This document shows positions 40,868 to 49,225 of a stretch of DNA of 64,000 nucleotides, piece by piece. The first letter of the stretch is position 1; every line of letters starts with the position of its first letter. A model generated the notes under the pieces. The model worked only from the letters and a program-made list of their open reading frames with translations. It searched no databases and was not told the origin of the DNA. Source of the stretch: a bacterium (GTDB taxonomy: Bacteria; Patescibacteriota; Minisyncoccia; Phycocordibacterales; UBA6899); contig JAJZQJ010000001.1 in the NCBI GenBank assembly GCA_021851895.1, forward strand, positions 71,338 to 135,337, read 5' to 3'. The position numbers and the translations under genes are program-made.

Positions 40868-41803
40868 CTATCCTATAGCGATCTTCGCAAGCGCGAGCGC
40901 AGCGTCTTTTGTTTTCGCAATTGCAAGAAAACCCTTCTTGTGACAAAAGATACTCCCCTCTACTCCCGTCATCCTCTCGAGTTCCTCGCCCATGAGGCCA
41001 TACCAAGACAGCGGTAGTGGTCTCCTCGTAACGAATGTTGTGATATCGCTTCTGACCGCCTCAACTCTCCATTGATATACATCTGGCGAGAGGACCTGCG
41101 GAGAAACAACGTAGAGTGGTTCTGTATATTTCGATAACTCAGCCTCCCATGGAAGATCTTTGTCGAGAACAATGATACGTTTATCCTCGGTTTGATCATA
41201 AACAGCACGCACGAGACGTGCACCCTCTTGTTCATCCTTTGCGATCGTAAGCTCACGCTCCATGAAGCGTTTCGCAAGTGGAAGCAATTCCGAGAAAAGC
41301 ACATCGGCGTTTATACCCGCGTCCTTCTCCTTCCACGTAGGGTGAAATGCGAAGACGATGTGATGAAAAAGAAGCGGTCGTACGTTAGGGAATACTGGTT
41401 CATAAAGATTGAGTCCATTGTCTCCTGCGTCTACAGGATATGCGATCTTCTGTTCGATCGCATTCCAGGAAAAAATATTTCCATCACAAAGTTCGAGACC
41501 GAAATGCTTCCAGATCAGGCCGAATGATGAATATGGAATACCATCACGCTCCCCTACGCCCTCGCGCTGATGATGATCAAATCGCCCCGATGATGCATCG
41601 AGTACACCTCCGACGTCACACACGATATCACCGCCATCAATGACCTTCTGGTCCCGGGAGCGAACGACGACAGCAGAAAGTCCCTCCCGCTCAAGAAAAA
41701 TCTGCAAGGTTGCAACTGCAAGTAACTCATCAGCATGGAAAGAACCTGAATGCGTCACGATGCGCACAGGACGGTCGTGAGGAAGTGGACATGGAGAATT
41801 CAT
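40868..41803 (-). CDS. MYG1 family (DHH-like) exonuclease
   Basis: THSGSFHADE, DVGG, FDHHQ, SSFGLIWKHFG, FCHKKGF. Confidence 0.9.
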   Translation of the reverse strand: MNSPCPLPHDRPVRIVTHSGSFHADELLAVATLQIFLEREGLSAVVVRSRDQKVIDGGDIVCDVGGVLDASSGRFDHHQREGVGERDGIPYSSFGLIWKHFGLELCDGNIFSWNAIEQKIAYPVDAGDNGLNLYEPVFPNVRPLLFHHIVFAFHPTWKEKDAGINADVLFSELLPLAKRFMERELTIAKDEQEGARLVRAVYDQTEDKRIIVLDKDLPWEAELSKYTEPLYVVSPQVLSPDVYQWRVEAVRSDITTFVTRRPLPLSWYGLMGEELERMTGVEGSIFCHKKGFLAIAKTKDAALALAKIAIG

Positions 41804-41894
41804 GAATCCATTATACGCGAGCAGAATAGCACGTCTATGGTCAGCAGATGATCGTTTACATGGTATACTATATATACATTAATATATCTTCAAC

Positions 41895-42407
41895 ATGGAA
41901 TTCACAATATTATTAGGGACAGCAAGAGAAGGAAGACGATCAGAGCAGGTCGCACGTTTCGTCGAGAAAACACTCACAAGCGAAGGTCATCAAGTCGACT
42001 TCGTTGATGTTCGCGATTATCTCGACGTAACCTCAAAGATGGGTGGTGCACCCCTCTCCGATCCCATAGGTAGCAAGTGGAGAGAGATCGTCGCGCAAAA
42101 GAAAACACTTATCATCGTTTCACCAGAATATAATCATAGCTATCCTGGTGAGCTCAAGCGTCTGATCGATGCAGCATACCCGGAATACAAAGGAAAACAT
42201 GTTGGCATTATCGGTGTCTCTATGGGCCCCTTTGGTGGTGCGCGCATGATAGAGCAGTTGCAGCTCGTCCTTGTTGCAGTTGGTGCACTTATGCCACGAT
42301 CAGGTATGATCTTTCCTTTTGTACAGGAGCTCTTTGACGACGGAGGCGAGATCAAGGATCCGGCATATAAAGACAGGGTGATCAACTTTATCAAAACATT
42401 CGACTAA
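41895..42407 (+). CDS. NADPH-dependent FMN reductase
   Basis: GTAREGRRS, SPEYNHSYPGELK, GGAR. Confidence 0.9.
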   Translation: MEFTILLGTAREGRRSEQVARFVEKTLTSEGHQVDFVDVRDYLDVTSKMGGAPLSDPIGSKWREIVAQKKTLIIVSPEYNHSYPGELKRLIDAAYPEYKGKHVGIIGVSMGPFGGARMIEQLQLVLVAVGALMPRSGMIFPFVQELFDDGGEIKDPAYKDRVINFIKTFD

Positions 42408-42448
42408 CCCATAAGTGTCATGTTCGTTTTGTCGTGTATACTATCATC

Positions 42449-42802
42449 ATGATGAAATTACTTGTGAAATGGGCAACACTAACTGTTGCGATCTATATAC
42501 TTGCGACGTACACTCCGGCGATGACGATCACCGAACCCAAGGTCGCTGTCTACGCCGCGCTCGCACTCGGTTTACTGAACGTACTTGTTCGCCCTATCCT
42601 CAAATTACTCGCCCTTCCGATCACACTCATCACATTCGGACTATTCTCACTTGTTATAAACGGATTCATGCTGATCATCGTTCCCCGCTTTGTTGACGGC
42701 ATCACCGTCAATGGATTCTGGTGGGGTGTCATTGGTGCAGCATGTATCAGCATCATCACATCGTTCTTCAACCATCTCCTTCTTGGGTCAGACGATCGTT
42801 AA
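42449..42802 (+). CDS. 4-TM phage-holin-family (YvlD-like) membrane protein
   Basis: LLNVLVRPILKLLALPITLITFGLFSLVING. Confidence 0.85.
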   Translation: MMKLLVKWATLTVAIYILATYTPAMTITEPKVAVYAALALGLLNVLVRPILKLLALPITLITFGLFSLVINGFMLIIVPRFVDGITVNGFWWGVIGAACISIITSFFNHLLLGSDDR

Positions 42803-42811
42803 ATAAAAAAA

Positions 42812-43675
42812 TCACTCAGCAAGAGTGATTTTTTTATTCTTCGCGATCAGAATACCTTCCCGTATCAATTCATCGACAGCCTCTTTGCCGCTGTATGGGG
42901 TATCATGAAAAACAGCCTCAGCACGTGCGCGTGAACAAGTGTGGTCACGTACGAGCATTTTGAGTAATGCTCCCCTATATGATCGCTTCGAGCCCTTAAA
43001 TTTCGATTGGGGTTTCTTATATACGAAATCTTCTACCTCTCCATGAAAATCAAACATTGGACAGGCCGGACTATGCCTTCGTGCGGTACATACCATTGCC
43101 CCAAGATCGAGCATCGCATAATTCCAAGCACGACCACGCCCCTTCGGTATCATAGAAGTTGCGAACGCAAAAAGTTCCCTATCGGATGGTATCCTTCCAT
43201 CAAAAAATGCACGAACGAGGATCCTCCGGAGATTCGTATCGATCATGGGGTATGGATCATTCCATGCAAATGCCATGATCGCAGCAGCAGTTGATGCTCC
43301 GATACCAGGGAGACGCTGCAAGGCGTTGAAGTCTCGCGGAAATATGCCTCCATGTTCATCAACGACCGCCCTTGCGGCGAGATGCAAGTACTTCGCGCGA
43401 CGATTGTAGCCGAGTCCAGACCAAAGCACGAGGACAGAAGAGAGCGGAGCTGTGGCAAGTGTATGCACATCCGGGAAACGTTCGATGAATGCTGCGAATT
43501 TCTCTCGCACACGATCGACCTGCGTCTGTTGTAACATGATCTCGGAGACAAGAATGCGATACGGATCGAGCTTCCCCTTGAATTCACGCTTCTTTGGTCT
43601 CCAATCCATCGCACGATACGTGGTATCACTCCAAGAAAACAATATTTCGTTAAATTCTTCGATGCGGTTGTTCAC
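42812..43675 (-). CDS. mutY: A/G-specific adenine glycosylase, short form
   Basis: SEIMLQQTQV, WSGLGYNRRA, LPGIG, DTNLRR; probable GTG start at 43675, 6 nt after TATGCT. Confidence 0.88.
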   Translation of the reverse strand: MNNRIEEFNEILFSWSDTTYRAMDWRPKKREFKGKLDPYRILVSEIMLQQTQVDRVREKFAAFIERFPDVHTLATAPLSSVLVLWSGLGYNRRAKYLHLAARAVVDEHGGIFPRDFNALQRLPGIGASTAAAIMAFAWNDPYPMIDTNLRRILVRAFFDGRIPSDRELFAFATSMIPKGRGRAWNYAMLDLGAMVCTARRHSPACPMFDFHGEVEDFVYKKPQSKFKGSKRSYRGALLKMLVRDHTCSRARAEAVFHDTPYSGKEAVDELIREGILIAKNKKITLAE

Positions 43676-43763
43676 CAGCACAGCATAACCCAAGAATCAT
43701 GGAACGCAAATGTAAAACAGGCACGTATCCGTGCCTGCTACAGTATGTTTCTTCGATCCGTCA

Positions 43764-44051
43764 TTATTGTACCGGAGATGTCGTCGTTGGTGCGACCGGT
43801 GCCCCGCCGACAGGCGCTACACCGTTTGTGCCCATGCGTCCATCTGGACGGGCATATGCACGTCCATCGCGGCCTGCAAAATTGCCACCGAAGTTCCCAT
43901 CACGAAGCTGTGAGAAATCACGGCCAGCCATGTCACGGAAATCTCGCTCATGGTGACTCAGTGCAAACCCAGACAAACCGCCGAGTAGGCCACCAAGCAC
44001 AAATACGGTGAGCAGAAGCAATCCGACCTTCTTATCGATATGGAGATCCAT
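43764..44051 (-). CDS. Small membrane-anchored Gly/Arg-rich hypothetical protein
   Basis: One N-terminal TM; promoter carries the direct-repeat operator. Confidence 0.65.
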   Translation of the reverse strand: MDLHIDKKVGLLLLTVFVLGGLLGGLSGFALSHHERDFRDMAGRDFSQLRDGNFGGNFAGRDGRAYARPDGRMGTNGVAPVGGAPVAPTTTSPVQ

Positions 44052-44110
44052 AGATAAAAGTTAGCGTATAACTATGCATAAGCATATTACGTACACGATA
44101 CAATATATGG

Positions 44111-44127
44111 ATGAAGAACGAGTGAAG
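44111..44127 (-). promoter_or_regulatory. Putative OmpR-family operator
   Basis: CTTCAC-N5-CTTCAT, 10 bp upstream of TATCGT. Confidence 0.6.
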
Positions 44128-44132
44128 CTGAT

Positions 44133-44414
44133 TTAAGGAGCTATAGGCAACGCATTATCCGTGTTTTTCGCATTTCCCCCTGGCTTCTTGAGATTTCTCT
44201 TTGAAGCTCGTGCTTTCTTTGTCGGGTGTTTCTTGCGATGCTCAACGAGCGAACTATCGGAACTACCCTCTATGAATGTCGTTTTGTTCGATCCGATATC
44301 GTGCATCTTAGATACTGATGCCGCAAGAGCGGAATTACTGAATCCGAGTGCACCCAAACCAAATGCAGTAACCATCACCATCGTGGTGAATTTTTCTCTT
44401 TTGTATGGTCTCAT
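44133..44414 (-). CDS. Small secreted basic hypothetical protein
   Basis: Signal-peptide-like segment ending ALA; Lys-rich C-terminus; start uncertain. Confidence 0.55.
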   Translation of the reverse strand: MRPYKREKFTTMVMVTAFGLGALGFSNSALAASVSKMHDIGSNKTTFIEGSSDSSLVEHRKKHPTKKARASKRNLKKPGGNAKNTDNALPIAP

Positions 44415-44527
44415 CGTTATATATCTTAAACTTATAAGACGTGCGCTCATTGCATGTAGCGCAACGATCACCAAACATATCTCATGCCCGCATGGGCAAT
44501 CGATAATTAAAAGTATAAGTTGACCAC

Positions 44528-44544
44528 ATGAAGCAAAGATGAGC
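44528..44544 (-). promoter_or_regulatory. Putative OmpR-family operator
   Basis: GCTCAT-N5-CTTCAT, 10 bp upstream of TATACT. Confidence 0.6.
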
Positions 44545-44559
44545 CCTTAAAGGGCTCAT

Positions 44560-45708
44560 CTAGGCTATAGGAAGACCGATATGCACCGTTGTCCCCACAC
44601 CCTCTTCACTGTCGATATGCACCGTGCCGCCATGCCCTTCGATGATCTGCCTCACGATCGGTAACCCCAACCCTGAACCAGAACCCTCATTACGAGAATG
44701 CGAAGCCTTGTAGAATCGATCAAAGACGAAAGGCAAATCTTTCTTTGCAATACCCACTCCAGTGTCGGAGATACTGATCTCGTAATTATTTCCCTTGATC
44801 TTCGACTTCATGGTGATAGTGCCACCTGCCATCGTATAATTTATTGCATTCTGCAAGACGTTCTGAAAAGCACGTTCAAGCTGATAGCGCTCTCCGCGCA
44901 CGAGCCCATCAATGATCTCCACATGAACAAGTTCGATTGCTCGCCCTTTCGCTTGAGATTCGAATTTCTTCGCAAGCCTCTCAAGGAGATCGCTTATGCG
45001 CACAGTCTCAAAAGTCGAACGATCAGGAAGCTCTTCAGTGCGCGCCATAACAAGAAGATCATCAACAAGCTTCGACATGCGATCGATCTCCTCGAGGTTA
45101 CTTTTGAGTACTTCTTTGAACTCAGTATGATCGTGCGAACCTGTATGCAAAAGCACTTGCGACTCACTTTTCATTATAGCGAGTGGCGTACGCAGATCAT
45201 GAGATGCATCTGCGAGAAAGCGCTTTTGGATGGCGATATTCTCTTGTATCGGCTTCAACGTCCTTCCGGCAATGATATAGCCGAGCAGCGCCACCAAAAA
45301 GAGGAGCACGCCGTCAGCGAGTATGATATTATGCTCGAGATCATCTACGGTACGGCGAAATACGAGAAATCGATTCATTGTAACTCCGGAATGTACCCGA
45401 GGAAGACGAAGGGCCTTCGGTGGAGGCGTCGGTTGCACGGGTGGAGAAGCAAGATCATCAGAAAGTGATTTCGTCGCATTGCTGATGATTGAAAGCTCGT
45501 CGGGTATCATGAACTCATCAGCGACGACCATTCGTGTATTCCGTTCCAATGAAATAAGGAGGGCTATACTGAAAAGTCCGATGATCGCCATAGTGATCAC
45601 CGTATAGAAGATCGTCAGCCGTATGCGCGCGATCTCGAAAGGACTCCTCTTTAATTTACGCCTTAAGGCGGTAACCCACCCCGTGAACCGTTTCAAATAA
45701 TGTTTCAT
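44560..45708 (-). CDS. Sensor histidine kinase
   Basis: DASHDLRTP, NAINY, DTGVGI, GSGLGL; two TMs. Confidence 0.92.
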   Translation of the reverse strand: MKHYLKRFTGWVTALRRKLKRSPFEIARIRLTIFYTVITMAIIGLFSIALLISLERNTRMVVADEFMIPDELSIISNATKSLSDDLASPPVQPTPPPKALRLPRVHSGVTMNRFLVFRRTVDDLEHNIILADGVLLFLVALLGYIIAGRTLKPIQENIAIQKRFLADASHDLRTPLAIMKSESQVLLHTGSHDHTEFKEVLKSNLEEIDRMSKLVDDLLVMARTEELPDRSTFETVRISDLLERLAKKFESQAKGRAIELVHVEIIDGLVRGERYQLERAFQNVLQNAINYTMAGGTITMKSKIKGNNYEISISDTGVGIAKKDLPFVFDRFYKASHSRNEGSGSGLGLPIVRQIIEGHGGTVHIDSEEGVGTTVHIGLPIA

Positions 45709-46327
45709 GTTTATGCTGAAGCTTCTTGCGGAGATTCTTTATATGTACATCGACCACATTACTTAAGCCATCATATGCGAAATCCCAAGCATGACCAAGT
45801 ATCTTCTCTCTGGTCAAAGCCTCATTTGGATGTCGCATGAATTGTTCGAGTATTGAAAACTCCTTCGCGGTAAGTGAAATTTCCTTACCCGCGCGTGTTA
45901 CAATGCGCGTGATCGGATTCAATGTAATACCGCGCACTTCTATCTCGGAAACAAACTTCTCCGTAGGGCGCCTAAGCAACGCTTGCACGCGCGCAGCGAG
46001 CTCTGGAAAATCGAAGGGCTTCACAAGGTAATCATCTGCGCCGATATTCAGTCCTTCTATCTTGTCGTCGAGTGCATCCTTTGCAGTCAACATGATGATC
46101 GGCAACGTTGCACCCTTCTCTCTCAGCGTACGACAAATATCCATGCCATCCATCCCTGGAAGCATGCGGTCGAGTATGATGAGGTCATAATCACCATAGT
46201 CGAATTCGAGGCGACGCATGGCCTCACCGCCATCATGGATCATATCCACAGCATAACCATAGTGCTCAAGTCCTTTTTTGACCGAGCGCGCCAACTTTTC
46301 CTGGTCTTCGATGATAAGTATTCTCAT
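45656..46327 (-). CDS. OmpR/PhoB-family response regulator
   Basis: ILIIED, LDRMLPGMDG, GADDYLVKPF, wHTH LTAKEF..NVVDVHIKNLRKKL..TVHGVGY. Confidence 0.95.
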   Translation of the reverse strand: MRILIIEDQEKLARSVKKGLEHYGYAVDMIHDGGEAMRRLEFDYGDYDLIILDRMLPGMDGMDICRTLREKGATLPIIMLTAKDALDDKIEGLNIGADDYLVKPFDFPELAARVQALLRRPTEKFVSEIEVRGITLNPITRIVTRAGKEISLTAKEFSILEQFMRHPNEALTREKILGHAWDFAYDGLSNVVDVHIKNLRKKLQHKHETLFETVHGVGYRLKA

Positions 46328-46350
46328 ATCCTTAACTATGTATTATGAGA

Positions 46351-46367
46351 ATGAAGATATCATGAAC
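46351..46367 (-). promoter_or_regulatory. Putative autoregulatory OmpR-family operator
   Basis: GTTCAT-N5-CTTCAT, 10 bp upstream of CATAGT, which lies 7 nt before the ATG. Confidence 0.6.
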
Positions 46368-46446
46368 ACTATCATTCTCATCTTACGTTCAGCATACTGC
46401 ATAAATCATGTAACGCAATATGGGCCATAGGGCCCATATTTATGCA

Positions 46447-46905
46447 TTACTCCACAATGACTGTCCCCTGATCTTTTGGAGAGAGATGATTATGGTAGTT
46501 CCATGACCCAGCGATATCGAACTTAAAACTCCAAGATTCTCCAGGAAGGAGCCCTCTACATGCATCAAAGGTACTTCCGATACAACCACCTGTCGTAGGA
46601 TACTCCCTATGGGTAGGATGTACGCCAGAAGCCGGCCACATGCTTTGACTACTGTTGTTTACGAAAGTCACCTCTGTTCCTGCTTTCACGCGCAAAGGAT
46701 CCGGTGAAAATCCTGTATCTGAATAGACGATGGTCGAAGAAGTTGCCGGCGGCTGCACTGCGTTTCTATTTTGCTGCACTTCAGCTGATGGAGCATTCGT
46801 CTGAGGATGCACCGCGGTCTTATTGCCATTATCGCGCACATAAGAAAATACGACGATACCAACCAAGACAAGAGTAATGACTACAATGAGCGCATATTTA
46901 TTCAT
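46447..46905 (-). CDS. Membrane-anchored cupredoxin/plastocyanin-like protein
   Basis: FSPDPLRVKAGTEVTFVN, HPTH, GSWNYHNHL, GTVIVE. Confidence 0.8.
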   Translation of the reverse strand: MNKYALIVVITLVLVGIVVFSYVRDNGNKTAVHPQTNAPSAEVQQNRNAVQPPATSSTIVYSDTGFSPDPLRVKAGTEVTFVNNSSQSMWPASGVHPTHREYPTTGGCIGSTFDACRGLLPGESWSFKFDIAGSWNYHNHLSPKDQGTVIVE

Positions 46906-47278
46906 GGTAGTGGAAAAGTTTATATGCGATAGGCTCTGGTAAAGACTCCATCATGAGTGCAAGTGCTGCAGCCAAGATAGCGATATCGCGAACAGTGATA
47001 TCAGTAATGCCACTCACCACAAGAACGAAAAATACATGGAGCGCACCTACCGCAGCGGCAAGCGGAATGACCACACCGAGCGCGAGCAATGCGCCGATGA
47101 CGAGATCAAGCACGCCGACACTGAGCATCATGGGCTCCATCGCAAATGGAATGAGCTTCTCTGCCCAAGGCTGCATATAGCTTCCCCACATTGCAGGTTG
47201 CATGATGATCAATACACCGATCCAAAGAAATGTTACCGCGAGCCCGATACGCAGAATATGTAAGGGTATCTTTTTCAT
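46898..47278 (-). CDS. DoxX-like membrane protein
   Basis: LRIGLAVTFLWIG and VRDIAIL motifs, four TMs. Confidence 0.7.
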   Translation of the reverse strand: MKKIPLHILRIGLAVTFLWIGVLIIMQPAMWGSYMQPWAEKLIPFAMEPMMLSVGVLDLVIGALLALGVVIPLAAAVGALHVFFVLVVSGITDITVRDIAILAAALALMMESLPEPIAYKLFHYHE

Positions 47279-47373
47279 GTTACTTAACTTATGTATAGTA
47301 TTATAACGCGACTATTTGCTTTGGCAAAGAAAATAGGATAATAAAAAACCTGCACATGCAGGTTTTATTATGA

Positions 47374-47793
47374 TCATTCTGAAACCGTAAGCGTACCCCA
47401 CTGACCCCCTGCTCTATGTCCAGGCTTTGAACAGTAGTACACGAAACTTCCCACCTTGTCTGCAATGAACTCCACAACGACTTCCTGATTCAAGGGGAGT
47501 TCCTTCTTGATCCCATATTCATCGATAGTGAAATCATGCATTCCCGCAGTGTTCGTGATCTTCACGCGAACGAGATCCCCCTTCTTGACCGACATCTCTT
47601 TGAGTGAATACCATTTCCCTTTTGCGTCATAGTATGCGGTCATGGAAAATTCTTTGACCGGAGCAGTACTTGCGACACTTGCCTTTGTCTCATTAGCGCC
47701 TGATGGAGAAACTGCCTGTCTGCTCCGCAATGCAAAGTATCCACCGATAACAACGAGTATGAGCAGTGTGAGCACTGTATTTCTTGAATTCAT
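47374..47793 (-). CDS. Membrane-anchored cupredoxin domain protein
   Basis: HDFTIDE, YYCSKPGHRAGGQWGTLTV (His, Cys, His, axial Gln). Confidence 0.85.
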   Translation of the reverse strand: MNSRNTVLTLLILVVIGGYFALRSRQAVSPSGANETKASVASTAPVKEFSMTAYYDAKGKWYSLKEMSVKKGDLVRVKITNTAGMHDFTIDEYGIKKELPLNQEVVVEFIADKVGSFVYYCSKPGHRAGGQWGTLTVSE

Positions 47794-47875
47794 GTATGTT
47801 ATATTGATTGTTATTTTCCCAAAATTTCGATTTCAATGACTGAAGAGCACTAACGTATTATACCTGAGAGATAGT

Positions 47876-48310
47876 AAATATCACGAGCATGGCTCGTGAT
47901 ATTTGGAGATACGGGGAGAATCTCACGTCGCGATGCGGCGACACGGCTCACAAAGTATCTTGCTCCACGTATTCGCAAGATGCTAAGTGGCCGTCGTCAC
48001 GACTCGCGGCCTCGAAGACTCGGCATCGCTCCGTCTCGCTCAGGGGAAAATGCTCCGCATTTTCTTTCTCCCTTTGCGCCCCAAAGGGGCCCGCACGGCA
48101 CTGCTCCTCTATCTCCTTACAGGAGCTGTACACCTTTTGGATCTTTTGTTTCGAAGACTCACAAAAGTTCTCAAAAGGTCTTGCGCTCTCGCTCCCATAA
48201 GAATGGGACCCATGTGCGAGAGCTCACCCACGGTTCCTAACGCTTTCTTTGAAGACGAAGAAAGCTGTGCTCCTCCACGGGGAACCTCCCCGTTCCCCGA
48301 CCCCTTCGAC
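47876..48310. other. ~430-bp hairpin-rich non-coding region downstream of tRNA-Ser
   Basis: Many stems, e.g. aaatatcacgagc/gctcgtgatattt, atcttgc/gcaagat, gaaaatgc/gcattttc, gcccc/ggggc, accttttg/caaaaggt, gctctcgc/gcgagagc, acgggga/tccccgt; no credible ORF. Confidence 0.65.
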
Positions 48311-48398
48311 GTTCGAATCCCCGCGACTCCGCAAAAACAAAAAATGAACAAGCATTCTTGTTCATTTTTTGTTTTTGCGGAGTCGCGGGGATTCGAAC
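48311..48398. repeat. Perfect 42-bp inverted repeat comprising the tRNA 3' end plus terminator
   Basis: 48311-48352 is the exact reverse complement of 48357-48398; 4-nt loop. Confidence 0.95.
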
Positions 48399-48464
48399 CC
48401 CGGATGGCTGTTACACCATACTCACTTTCCAGGCGAGCGCACTAGACCACTATGCGACGACTCC
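48378..48464 (-). tRNA. tRNA-Ser(GGA)
   Basis: GGAGUCG/CGACUCC acceptor stem, anticodon arm ctcgc-CTGGAAA-gtgag, long variable arm, GTTCGAATC T-loop; CCA not encoded. Confidence 0.96.
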
Positions 48465-48660
48465 AATATTATCTCCAACTTAACATATACAAACCAAATT
48501 TCGCAATGCAACAAACTCTAATCGAAGTGAGCATAGTGTCTACCCGAAAGAGCAAGAGCGTAGCTATTGCTTGAGTTGCTCTGTGTCGCGGAGGCGACAC
48601 CTTATCGGGCAAGACCGCCTGGTCCGCATTATTATGCGGCGGTCTTATGCGACGACTCCT
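48465..48660. mobile_element. Putative ~195-bp mini-insertion bounded by a 14-bp direct repeat of the tRNA 5' end
   Basis: tatgcgacgactcc at 48451-48464 and again at ~48646-48659, each followed by a similar promoter segment containing cttaacata; interior has several hairpins. Confidence 0.5.
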
Positions 48661-48820
48661 TTTGAATTTTTATCTTAACATACCGAACCGAAGAATAACA
48701 ATACCCTCTATAAATGCACATCGCGAATCCGAGTCCGAAATTTTTGTATTGGCATTTACCCTACTCCCTATTCCCTATACCCTATCCCCATGTATTTAGC
48801 ATCATGCTATACTTCCTATC

Positions 48821-49213
48821 ATGAACTTCATAGACTGGGATGAAAGCTTCAGCGTCGGCATCGACCTGATAGATAATCAACACAAAAAACTGTTCGATAC
48901 CATCAATAATTATCATAATGAACACAGCGATACTGAGGAATCGCTCAATAAACTCCTCGCTTACATCGATTTCCACTTCACGACCGAGGAAGATTATTTT
49001 AGAAAGTTCAATTATGAAGATGCTATCGAGCATACCGCTCAGCACCTTCGCTATAAGGATGAGATCAACAAGCTCTATACGCAATACCATTATAAGAATG
49101 ACGATGAAAAAATACGTGCGGAGCTCGAAGAATTCATAAAGAACTGGATCACCCATCACATAAAAATAGCCGACAAACAGTACGCCGAATGCTTCAAAGA
49201 GCATGGACTGTGA
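48821..49213 (+). CDS. Bacteriohemerythrin
   Basis: WDESFSVGIDLIDNQHKKL, HFTTEE, HTAQH, WITHHIKIAD iron-ligand pattern. Confidence 0.92.
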   Translation: MNFIDWDESFSVGIDLIDNQHKKLFDTINNYHNEHSDTEESLNKLLAYIDFHFTTEEDYFRKFNYEDAIEHTAQHLRYKDEINKLYTQYHYKNDDEKIRAELEEFIKNWITHHIKIADKQYAECFKEHGL

Positions 49214-49225
49214 TACACTCAATAT

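Noticed and set aside
47889-48445. ORFs across the structured region and tRNA
   Set aside because: They overlap the tRNA and palindromes, have no start signals and show no protein-like features.
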